Below are positions 19,001-25,534 of a stretch of 38,620 nt of DNA, piece by piece; position 1 is the stretch's first letter; every line of letters begins with the position of its first letter. The position numbers and the translations under genes were made by a program. Source of the stretch: a virus. The stretch lies in the UHGV virus genome UHGV-1367834. The stretch is one strand, 5' to 3'. The notes beneath the pieces are model-generated. The model searched no databases. It saw only the letters and a list, made by a program, of their open reading frames with translations, and was not told the DNA's origin.

Positions 19001-19902
19001 TGTGCGCTCTCTGCGTCCCAATCAAACGCACCTTTGAATTTGTCAACCGCTTCAATACCAGCATTAATATTTTCAACAACTTCTGTAACAGCGTCACTAA
19101 TCATATCAATTGCTTTAGTAGCTACCGCCATACCAACACCAGCAACTAAACCTTGTAGTCCTTTACTTGCTAATCCTAAACCTTCACTAGTTTCACCACT
19201 TGACTTACCTAATTCTTGCATGCCTTTAGATACTGAATCTAGTTCACTGTCTGTATTGTTTAATTGCTTTTTAAAACCTTGTAACTCTTGTTCAGCTTTG
19301 CTTACTTCTGTTGAATTTTTACCAAACTTTTGCGTTAATTGTTTGATTGCGTTTTCTTGACCAGCAATAGCCTGTTTAGTTAGGTCAGATTGACGTTTTA
19401 AACCAGCCTGTTTTGTTTCCAAAGCACCCATTTTGTCGCCAGCTTTATCCATTGCGTTGGCTTGTGTTTGGAAGTCTTTTGCGTTATCTTTGATTTCTTG
19501 ACCTAGTTTATCTAAACCATTCTCAAACTTGATAACGTCAGCTGTAGTTTTTTGCAAATCTTTTTGCATTCCGTTGTATTTGGCACTAGCATTGTTTAAC
19601 TGTGTTGTTAGTGTTTTAACTTGGTTTGATTCTTCACCATATTTTGCAATAGCATCTTGACGTTTCTTACTTAGTAATTCAACTTTCTTACCTTGTAAGT
19701 CAGTAGCTGTTGCCAAGTCTTTTTCTTTTTGTTGTAGCTTCTCAATGCTTTGTCCTGATTTATCAAACACTGATAAATTGGCTTTCATTGCTGATTCTTG
19801 CTGTTTAATTGACTTGTTTAATTTGTCTAATGTATTAATGGTCTGGTCTACACCGTCAACACCAATACCAAACTTCATATTGCCAATAACCTTATCTACC
19901 AT
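16015..19902 (-). CDS. tail tape measure protein with a C-terminal lytic transglycosylase (SLT) domain
   Basis: 1295 aa, coiled-coil and Ala/Gly-rich, with a hydrophobic middle section. The SLT catalytic motif ...IQRESGGNEKIVQSS...GLLQYIPQTF lies near the C-terminus. RBS AAAAGGAGAG. Confidence 0.85.
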   Translation of the reverse strand: MVDKVIGNMKFGIGVDGVDQTINTLDKLNKSIKQQESAMKANLSVFDKSGQSIEKLQQKEKDLATATDLQGKKVELLSKKRQDAIAKYGEESNQVKTLTTQLNNASAKYNGMQKDLQKTTADVIKFENGLDKLGQEIKDNAKDFQTQANAMDKAGDKMGALETKQAGLKRQSDLTKQAIAGQENAIKQLTQKFGKNSTEVSKAEQELQGFKKQLNNTDSELDSVSKGMQELGKSSGETSEGLGLASKGLQGLVAGVGMAVATKAIDMISDAVTEVVENINAGIEAVDKFKGAFDWDAESAQAVSRLANQLVAEGYSDDINEVAEAMIRVQNVMGAEGMDDDMLQRMTRNAIAFSKNTGADVNETIRGIGKMMTNFGIDADKAWDLMARGAQMGLDQTDELGDNMAEYSQIFGQAGFTAEQTFDMLQSGLDGGAYNLDKVNDLIKEMAISLTDGRFEDNIGMFSSQTQELFRQWQQGGATQADVIRSMISDFGGMENQYEALNKAGTIWSALGEDNSLNVIKSLNNTSMAYDNVEGAQDAMNNAMSNTTGMDAFKSSLRAVGNEIGISLNPMFGKAADAITNFTEKILPKIEPALKKMWEYAGPILEKLGGYLSTSFEIASDIMSTVVKYVSEELIPILMPKIQELGDKLGGLFDKISKFWDEHGETILSGLSFWLEKLTPLFGLAIEVVVGFVDSAIGLVDGFFNIIEGLTEVFEGIFNGDWSRIWEGIKKIFWGAIQVVWNWINLSFFGKILKGAGGFGTIFKEGMSTMWAAVKGFFSKGISGIIDDVWRWFSRVTGIGGNLKSGLTGTMKTLWGDIKGVFSRGIDTIIKWFTGLPGRLGDAIAKGAGHVTGAFKGIFNKVLSAIGGPVNGIIGGANWVLEKFGAPQIPKWDVPQYANGTEGHIGGPMVVNDGGGAEMVIAPNGQAMIPKGRNVMMNAPAGTQVLNAKETSMVLGQKGRIPFYKKGTGFMDGVRNMWDNTKSFVGNGINKVKQTIGDIMDWVGNPLDLARNAIMGAMDLGGLTHVALDMAKGLGTKATTAFAEKVKALFKKKEEEERVSGPVDGNWRALVIKASKEMGANASESEINGILAQIQRESGGNEKIVQSSAVWDVNTASGNPARGLLQYIPQTFDAYKVKGHGNIYSGYDQLLAFFNNTNWRQDLPYGKSGWGPSGGRIRGYYNGGIAKGPQIAKLAENGYPEFIIPTEPAKRGRAMALLNQAKQALGVKEERNTPKQGTSTDLATVVALMQQQNELLQAILAKNTDVLLDGKKLNKELNNLNNTQQRNNRRNLGYI

Positions 19903-20160
19903 TATTCAATCTCTCCTTTTGCTTTTGCTAGGTCTGTTGGTGATAGGACAGTGCCAAAAAATGCTAATGGGTCTTGTTTCTCTTCTTTTTTCTCTTTAGT
20001 ATTATCACTGAATAATTCCAATAAAAGAAGGTAGTCAGCTTCGCTAACATCATTAACGGTCCAACCACCTTCCATGTATGAATTATATAATTTGTTTAGT
20101 GATTCTAAAGATTCGTCCCAGTTAACTTCAACACCGTCCTCTAGGCTTCCTTTGAATCGT
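19903..20160 (-). other. -1-frame ORF linking the chaperone 3' end to the tape-measure start; putative gpT-like frameshift extension
   Basis: The -1 frame relative to the chaperone is open for about 80 codons from just before the chaperone stop to a TAA overlapping the tape-measure ATG. It has no RBS or start codon of its own. Confidence 0.35.
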
Positions 20161-20473
20161 CAACTCCCATAATAGTTCCTAAGATGTTTTCTAAAACGTC
20201 TACTAAGTCGTCAGATTCAATTGAATTTTCAATTGCTTCAAATGTAACTTCTGGGTGTTCAAAGATTTCAACTAATAAGACAATCATTGAATCTAACAAT
20301 TCTAATTGGTCAACTTCTACACCATTAGCCATGTCTTTTTGTACGTTTTCCATATCACGGTAATACTTCATAATACTACGCATTGTCTTAACTTTGACGC
20401 CTTTTTTTGTAATTTTGCGGTTTTTTCCGTCAATAATTAAGTTAATACTGAATGATTTTGTTTGTTTTGCCAT
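20141..20473 (-). CDS. tail assembly chaperone (gpG-like)
   Basis: 110-aa acidic protein between the major tail and tape measure genes. RBS GGAGGA. Confidence 0.6.
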   Translation of the reverse strand: MAKQTKSFSINLIIDGKNRKITKKGVKVKTMRSIMKYYRDMENVQKDMANGVEVDQLELLDSMIVLLVEIFEHPEVTFEAIENSIESDDLVDVLENILGTIMGVDDSKEA

Positions 20474-20508
20474 GTTTATTCCTCCAAATAATTTTATTTA
20501 CTATAGTT

Positions 20509-20517
20509 ATTATAGCA
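20509..20517 (-). promoter_or_regulatory. extended -10 promoter (TGCTATAAT) for the chaperone/tape-measure unit
   Basis: The reverse complement of ATTATAGCA lies downstream of the terminator that follows the major tail gene. Confidence 0.45.
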
Positions 20518-20559
20518 TTAAAAGCAATGGTTGTGGGTGTTGCTGAAACCAGTGAAATA

Positions 20560-20588
20560 AAAAAGAAGAGCTGTTACGCTCTTCTAAG
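20560..20588 (-). terminator. intrinsic terminator after the major tail gene and its conserved 3' element
   Basis: On the minus strand the hairpin AGAAGAGCGTAACAGCTCTTCT is followed by TTTTTTATTT. Confidence 0.55.
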
Positions 20589-20659
20589 TCAATTCAATTG
20601 ATACACTTGTATCTGCTGGTGTCACCTGTCCTACCACAGGTGGTGTACTAGGGCAATTG
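20589..20659 (-). repeat. copy 1 of a 71-nt conserved 3'-terminal element (last four codons of the major tail gene plus 59 nt)
   Basis: Identical to 23561-23631 at 70 of 71 positions by eye. On the mRNA it reads CAAUUGCCCUAGUACACCACCUGUGGUAGGACAGGUGACACCAGCAGAUACAAGUGUAUCAAUUGAAUUGA. Confidence 0.8.
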
Positions 20660-21223
20660 ATTAATATTGTTTACTTTATCAACAAACTTATCAAGTGTTA
20701 ATGTTTCGCTTGAAACAGCACTCATGTATGCAAAGCCACGTGAATCTGTTACAAATGAACCTTCAATTGTTTCTGTGTTTGGTTCAGTACCACCAGATTC
20801 AGTTGTGTTCAATGCGATTTCTGGGTGGCTGAAACGTCCTTTAACTAAACCAAAGTACATTTCTTTACCGTCTGCACCGTCTGCAACAAATACTGCTGAA
20901 ACGTAAGGTGCTTCTGTATCTTCACCAACGATTGCAATACCATCTTCACCACGTTTAATACCTAAAATTTTCTCATAAACGTTGTCTTTATACAAGTCAA
21001 ATACGTTTAATGAAGCTGTTAACTCTCCAACTCCTTTAGCTGATACCCAAATTGGAACGTTTGACGCATAAACGGTTGTTTGTTCTGCTGAAATTCCTTG
21101 AATTGACGCTTCAATAGTACCGCCACCGCTTTTATCAATTGTGTATTTATCAACGCCAGTTCCGCCTACTTTAGGTACACTAATGATTGCTTTTTTAAAT
21201 CCTACTACAGCTATGATAACCAC
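20648..21223 (-). CDS. major tail protein
   Basis: 191 aa, Gly/Thr/Ser-rich and beta-rich, positioned between the tail-completion genes and the chaperone. The start is non-canonical: a GTG with GAGGAG only 1-2 nt upstream. Confidence 0.7.
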   Translation of the reverse strand: MVIIAVVGFKKAIISVPKVGGTGVDKYTIDKSGGGTIEASIQGISAEQTTVYASNVPIWVSAKGVGELTASLNVFDLYKDNVYEKILGIKRGEDGIAIVGEDTEAPYVSAVFVADGADGKEMYFGLVKGRFSHPEIALNTTESGGTEPNTETIEGSFVTDSRGFAYMSAVSSETLTLDKFVDKVNNINQLP

Positions 21224-21255
21224 TCCTCAATATAGTTTATTTTGTTACTATAGTT

Positions 21256-21264
21256 ATTATAGCA
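21256..21264 (-). promoter_or_regulatory. extended -10 promoter (TGCTATAAT) for the major tail gene
   Basis: The reverse complement of ATTATAGCA lies immediately downstream of the GIY-YIG stop. Confidence 0.5.
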
Positions 21265-21286
21265 TACTATCATACTCTTGTGTGTG

Positions 21287-21841
21287 TTATGCGAATGTTA
21301 TTGAGAACCCCTTGTGTGTTTTTCGTTTACCTCGTAAGACTTTGTTAACATGTCCGCTATCACCATTGTGTTCTACACAGAACTCTCTAACTGTTCTATA
21401 ATAGAATGACTCTCCGTTGTTATTTGTACATATAATCCCATTAAATTTAAAACCATATATGGTGTCCATCTTTTTAAATTGTGACTCTTCTGGAAAAACT
21501 TGCTCTTTTCTCTTTTTTGATATATTATTTTTTGTAGTATCAGTATGATGTCTATTGTGCATTACACCATTACCACCAGCTGTTATATTATATCCATCAA
21601 CTGTAGTGTTGTATTTTTCTATTAACTTCATTTCTAGTTCGTTAGCTTCATCTTTTGTTAATCCTTCTCTTATTATAAAGTGGTTGAATCCATCCCATCC
21701 GTATTTTTGAATTGCATTGTAGAACTTGTGTGAACTACGATAGGTAGAACCGTTACCCCACCTAGTGTTTACTTTCTGCATAGTTTGACCAAAGTATTTT
21801 TTATTATTTTCTTTGTTTATATGCAAATATACTGTATACAT
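21287..21841 (-). CDS. GIY-YIG homing endonuclease
   Basis: N-terminus MYTVYLHINKENNKKYFGQT with an R/E/N catalytic block (RWGNG...YNAIQKYGWDGFNHFIIREGL...EANELEMKLI). The C-terminal region is DNA-binding-like. It is free-standing between the tail-terminator-like gene and the major tail gene. RBS GAGGTG. Confidence 0.85.
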   Translation of the reverse strand: MYTVYLHINKENNKKYFGQTMQKVNTRWGNGSTYRSSHKFYNAIQKYGWDGFNHFIIREGLTKDEANELEMKLIEKYNTTVDGYNITAGGNGVMHNRHHTDTTKNNISKKRKEQVFPEESQFKKMDTIYGFKFNGIICTNNNGESFYYRTVREFCVEHNGDSGHVNKVLRGKRKTHKGFSITFA

Positions 21842-21867
21842 TTAATCACCTCATGTATACAGTATAT
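21827..21867 (-). promoter_or_regulatory. perfect 15-bp inverted repeat enclosing the GIY-YIG RBS and start codon, with an embedded TGATATACT -10
   Basis: ATATACTGTATACAT (21827-21841) and ATGTATACAGTATAT (21853-21867) are exact reverse complements. The 11-nt spacer carries the SD sequence GAGGTG. The 3' arm on the mRNA begins with the AUG. Confidence 0.6.
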
Positions 21868-21882
21868 CATAATTTTTATGAT

Positions 21883-22248
21883 TTAGACAACTCTTTGTGT
21901 GATTACGTAACGTTTCACAATGCGACTGGCTCCCTCTAGGTCTGGTTCATATGTCTGTGTACTAAATGAACATTGTACGTTATCAGCACGCATTGTCTTA
22001 TCAATTGCTAGATAGTATTTATCCAACATTGTCAAATCTTCAACCCACAAATCAACTTGGATATAGGTTGTGTAATAATTTGGGTCTGCACTTGCGTATG
22101 CGTGATAGTCCATGTCTAACTCTGTGATTCTACCTACTGGCAACTTAGGAAGTGATACAAATTCATTTGGTACCTCGTTAGTAAACCAGTTGACTTCTGG
22201 GTGTGCTTCATTAAGTATCTGCGCCACTTGTAAAATAGGTAATGTCAT
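21883..22248 (-). CDS. tail completion / tail terminator-like protein
   Basis: 121 aa; the call rests on position upstream of the major tail gene. Confidence 0.45.
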   Translation of the reverse strand: MTLPILQVAQILNEAHPEVNWFTNEVPNEFVSLPKLPVGRITELDMDYHAYASADPNYYTTYIQVDLWVEDLTMLDKYYLAIDKTMRADNVQCSFSTQTYEPDLEGASRIVKRYVITQRVV

Positions 22249-22652
22249 TTTAGAAACGCCTCCTCCATTGCTTTTATAATTACCTTTTCTATTTCATCTT
22301 GAACTTCTTTGATGGTCTTTTCAATGAAATGTTGCGGTCTTTGTGTCATTGTTCCTAATTCTGTGAAGTGAACCCTCCACGAAACTTGGTCATTATACCC
22401 AATCAACACTTCGTGTTTACCTTTACTTGCTTTTGTCATTGCTGTATTTTTCTGCATATGTTCACGTTTATACATCTGGTCTTTTCTACTGTACTTTTTA
22501 CCGTTCCAATATGGTGTGCGTTTAGCAAGCTCTTGCTCTCCTATTTCTCCAGCTTTATTAAGTGCTTTTGCTGTGATACCATCTGCGTTTTTGCCAATCT
22601 TTATAAGTGCGTTGTATGCGTCTGAAAAGTCAGCATAATTCTGCTTACTCAT
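22245..22652 (-). CDS. HK97 gp10-like head-tail joining protein
   Basis: 135 aa, Lys-rich, in a connector gene cluster of overlapping coupled genes. Confidence 0.55.
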   Translation of the reverse strand: MSKQNYADFSDAYNALIKIGKNADGITAKALNKAGEIGEQELAKRTPYWNGKKYSRKDQMYKREHMQKNTAMTKASKGKHEVLIGYNDQVSWRVHFTELGTMTQRPQHFIEKTIKEVQDEIEKVIIKAMEEAFLK

Positions 22653-22981
22653 TTCTTAACCCTCTTACATACTAATGTTGTGAAGTCACGGTCATAGCTA
22701 CCTTCTAAAATGGATACTATTTCATAGTTAACACCTTTATATACAACACGCATATCATTTTGTAATTGGAAACGCTGTTCATAACGCACAACAAAATTAG
22801 TTGTATCTTCTAATGCAGTACCATATGTCTCTTTAAAATCTCTAAAATACTGCTGTTTTACGCTACACCATATACTTGCTTTGTCAACCCACGTTGTTAC
22901 CCATTCAAATTTATCGTTTTTAGCTGTTGTTTTCTCTTGAATAGTGATTTTTTGATTAAGATGTTGTGTTGGTATCGCCAT
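22649..22981 (-). CDS. head closure / head-tail adaptor protein (SPP1 gp16-like)
   Basis: 110 aa, with a C-terminal motif VYKGVNYEIVSI typical of head-tail joining proteins. Confidence 0.55.
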   Translation of the reverse strand: MAIPTQHLNQKITIQEKTTAKNDKFEWVTTWVDKASIWCSVKQQYFRDFKETYGTALEDTTNFVVRYEQRFQLQNDMRVVYKGVNYEIVSILEGSYDRDFTTLVCKRVKK

Positions 22982-23255
22982 CAGATAACCCCCTTAGTTG
23001 CCAAATAAATGCCTGAATAGTGAACGGTACATCTTGTTGAAGTGCGCTGGTTGCTGGAACACGGTTTTCATACCAAAGAGAAACCAACATGAACTGGCAA
23101 GTCTTAAAGCGTACATCATTTGGAACTGTTTTAACCTCAATAGCACCTAAGATAAACATTGAGCTTGTATCAATTAACGTCTGAATATAAACATCGTCTG
23201 AATCATAGTCTAAACGTAAATTGTTTTTTACCTCTTCTAATGTTAACATTATCAT
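22956..23255 (-). CDS. gp6-like head-tail connector protein
   Basis: 99 aa; MIMLTLEEVKNNLRLDYDSDD...LIDTSSMFI is characteristic of the gp6-like connector family. Confidence 0.6.
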   Translation of the reverse strand: MIMLTLEEVKNNLRLDYDSDDVYIQTLIDTSSMFILGAIEVKTVPNDVRFKTCQFMLVSLWYENRVPATSALQQDVPFTIQAFIWQLRGLSDGDTNTTS

Positions 23256-23290
23256 ACCTCCTTAGTTAAAAAGAGGGCTTAGCCCTCTTT

Positions 23291-23494
23291 TTATTTTCCA
23301 GCTGCTGCAGTTGTAGTGAATTGTGGTACATCTACTTTGCTAGATTCTGGCTTACCATCTTCAATTGCTGTTACTTGAAAATCACCTTTGCTATATAGTG
23401 TTTCTGCTGTTAAACCTGTGATTTTTACTGGTGACGGTTGTTCAGTCACAATCTTTTCACCTGTTTTCTTGTATACGTTAAATACTTTAGCCAT
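23291..23494 (-). CDS. hypothetical small structural-module protein
   Basis: 67 aa between the capsid and connector genes, with its own RBS, downstream of a terminator. Confidence 0.45.
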   Translation of the reverse strand: MAKVFNVYKKTGEKIVTEQPSPVKITGLTAETLYSKGDFQVTAIEDGKPESSKVDVPQFTTTAAAGK

Positions 23495-23520
23495 AATTTA
23501 CACTCTCCTTTTATATTTTA

Positions 23521-23550
23521 AAAAGAGGTAAGGCGAATGCCCCACCTCTT
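23521..23550 (-). terminator. intrinsic terminator after the capsid gene and its conserved 3' element
   Basis: On the minus strand the hairpin AAGAGGTGGGGCATTCGCCTTACCTCTT is followed by TTTTAAAATAT. Confidence 0.55.
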
Positions 23551-23560
23551 AGTGTTTAAC

Positions 23561-23631
23561 TCAATTCAATTGATACACTTGTATCTGCTGGTGTCACCTG
23601 CCCTACCACAGGTGGTGTACTAGGGCAATTG
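23561..23631 (-). repeat. copy 2 of the 71-nt conserved 3'-terminal element (last four codons of the capsid gene plus 59 nt)
   Basis: See copy 1. Both genes end in CAA-UUG-CCC-UAG (QLP, stop). Confidence 0.8.
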
Positions 23632-24852
23632 TGGTGTTAATGTAATGAATTTACCAGCGTTTTTGTCTACTACTTTAGCATCAAAACGCATGAAGATTGC
23701 TAAGTATTGACCGTAAATTTCGTGGTCAATCCAACGAGCAGTAGTTTCAGCACGATTGAAGAATGTTGCAAATGCTACTGGGTCGCCTAAGAATGCCACT
23801 TTATCACCTTTGTTACCTAACATTTCATCTTTCAACACTGTTACTGGAACACCAAACAATGATTTACCAGACTGTGCTGTAATGTCAGTTTGTAATAAGT
23901 AACGACCTTCACCGTCTTTCATGATGTCAACTGCGTTGTAGAATGATTGAGTAACAATTAATTCTAAACCGTAAGCTGGGTCGAAACCAGTGTTGATTTG
24001 AGTTTTGATATCATCTAATGATTTAGCTGTTACTGCTGTAGCTGTTTTTAACAAGTTAGCTAAAACAAAGTTAGTTGTGTTTAAGCCTTGACGTTGTACT
24101 GAATCAGCAATAATTCCAGCTAAGTCGTCCGCGGAATCATCTAATGATTCTTGTGATACAACAATTTGACCACGGTAAGTTGATACGTTGTAAGGTACTT
24201 CTTCAAATTCAGGTTTTGCCAATGCTGGGTTTTTTGCCAACTCTTCAACTGTCACCATTTTTGCAGTAGTTGATTTCAAGATTGGGTATTTACCGCCAGA
24301 AGTTTTTACTTTGATACTATTCACTTTATTACGTAAGTCAACAACTGTTTCTGGTAATTTACGTGCTTTTGTGATAATATCTTCTGGAATAATTGCTTCT
24401 GCGTCTGTTGATTTAACTTGTCCGTCACCAACCGCACGTGTTTCGTTAAATGATTTTACGCTAGTTGATTTTGAAGTTACGTAGTCTAAAAAGGCACGTT
24501 GTTCTGTTACTGGCTCTGCTAACTCTTTACCATTGATTTTTACTTTCTCCATGTCAATATCTTCTCCTTTTACGTTCTCTAGTGAACGTTTTTCTTTCTT
24601 TGGTTCTTCCTTTGGTTCTTCCTTTGGTTCGTCTTTGACTTCGTCCTTTGGTTCTTCTTTAGGTTCTTCTTTAGGTTCTTCCTTTTTGACCTCGTCTTTA
24701 GGTGCTTCTGCTTTATCTTTTGCACGTTCTTTGTTTTCAGCTGGTGTTTCATCTTTCAAAGCTTCTAACTGTTCAATAACTTTTTTAGCTTCGTCAAGTT
24801 TACCTTCTGCCAACAAAGATTTTGCTTGCGCTTCTAACTCTGCCTTATTCAT
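23620..24852 (-). CDS. major capsid protein (HK97 fold) with an N-terminal scaffold-like coiled-coil/delta region containing (EEPK)n repeats
   Basis: 410 aa. The N-terminal roughly 100 aa is a charged coiled-coil with PKEEPKEEPKDEVKDEPKEEPKEEPKKE. The remainder is of HK97 capsid type (...GQIVVSQESLDD..., ...FDAKVVD...). RBS AAGGAG. Confidence 0.8.
   Translation of the reverse strand: MNKAELEAQAKSLLAEGKLDEAKKVIEQLEALKDETPAENKERAKDKAEAPKDEVKKEEPKEEPKEEPKDEVKDEPKEEPKEEPKKEKRSLENVKGEDIDMEKVKINGKELAEPVTEQRAFLDYVTSKSTSVKSFNETRAVGDGQVKSTDAEAIIPEDIITKARKLPETVVDLRNKVNSIKVKTSGGKYPILKSTTAKMVTVEELAKNPALAKPEFEEVPYNVSTYRGQIVVSQESLDDSADDLAGIIADSVQRQGLNTTNFVLANLLKTATAVTAKSLDDIKTQINTGFDPAYGLELIVTQSFYNAVDIMKDGEGRYLLQTDITAQSGKSLFGVPVTVLKDEMLGNKGDKVAFLGDPVAFATFFNRAETTARWIDHEIYGQYLAIFMRFDAKVVDKNAGKFITLTPQLP
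24596..24705. repeat. imperfect 15-nt tandem repeats (GGTTCTTCCTTTGGT-like) encoding the capsid (EEPK)n region
   Basis: Visible reiteration of TTCTTCCTTTGGTTC and TTCTTCTTTAGGTTC units. Confidence 0.6.
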
Positions 24853-24891
24853 GCTGTAAACTCCTTTACATATTATTTTCTTACTAAAGAT

Positions 24892-24900
24892 AGTATATCA
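24892..24900 (-). promoter_or_regulatory. extended -10 promoter (TGATATACT) for the capsid gene
   Basis: The reverse complement of AGTATATCA lies about 40 nt upstream of the capsid ATG and after the protease stop. Confidence 0.45.
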
Positions 24901-24928
24901 TGAACAAGGTGAGTTGTGGGCGTTACTC

Positions 24929-25534
24929 TTACAAGGTTGCTAGTCGTAACTGTAATTCTAGTTTGCGTTTTTCCATTTCGTTTACTTCCATGTTTTCAAG
25001 TGAGCGTTTAGCCACTGCAACATCTGTGTCGTCGTATGCTGGGATTGAAACCAGTGATATTTCAGCTAGTGTATTGATTTTTTTGATAGTTCTAACTGGT
25101 TTACCGTCTCTCCGTTCCCACTCATCTTCCGCAACCGTAAAGCCAAATGAACATTGACTAAGGTCACCACGTTTTACAAGTTCCATAACATCATTTCCAA
25201 GTGTTGTATTTGGTAACTCACAACGGAATTTCAAACCTACTTCATCAACTGATAATTGAAGTGTACCACTCTTTGTTCTTCCAAGTAAGTTGCCTGAATC
25301 ATGGTTTAAAAATAATTTTACATCTTCCATATCAACACCGTCTAATGCTCTTGCGTCAATAGTCTCAATAAAACCACCTAGGTCTTTTGATGGTGTATTG
25401 AATTTTAATGCGTAACCTTCAACAATATTGTTGTCGTTTATGAACTCTTGCAGTTGTCTAATTTCCAGTTGCGTCTGTTTCATTCTCGTACACTTCCTTT
25501 TCTTCACTCTCTGTTTTAACTGTTGTTTCGCCAT
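24929..25534 (-). CDS. prohead maturation protease (HK97/S78 family)
   Basis: GYALKFNTPSKDLGGFIETIDARAL...LFLNHD..NLLG is the classic N-terminal signature of the prohead protease. The track ORF overlaps the portal gene; the true start may be the ATG about 17 codons in, at roughly 25483. Confidence 0.8.
   Translation of the reverse strand: MAKQQLKQRVKKRKCTRMKQTQLEIRQLQEFINDNNIVEGYALKFNTPSKDLGGFIETIDARALDGVDMEDVKLFLNHDSGNLLGRTKSGTLQLSVDEVGLKFRCELPNTTLGNDVMELVKRGDLSQCSFGFTVAEDEWERRDGKPVRTIKKINTLAEISLVSIPAYDDTDVAVAKRSLENMEVNEMEKRKLELQLRLATL

Noticed and set aside
16040-19999. Numerous plus-strand ORFs of 60-150 aa inside the tape-measure gene (for example 16640-17014, 18062-18511 and 19034-19360)
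   Set aside because: They lie antisense to a clearly coding 1295-aa gene, are low-complexity and Ser/Pro/Leu-rich, and have no RBS. They are typical shadow ORFs.
24533-24859. A 108-aa plus-strand ORF rich in FGSS repeats
   Set aside because: It is the antisense reading of the capsid (EEPK)n tandem repeat and an artefact of the repeat.
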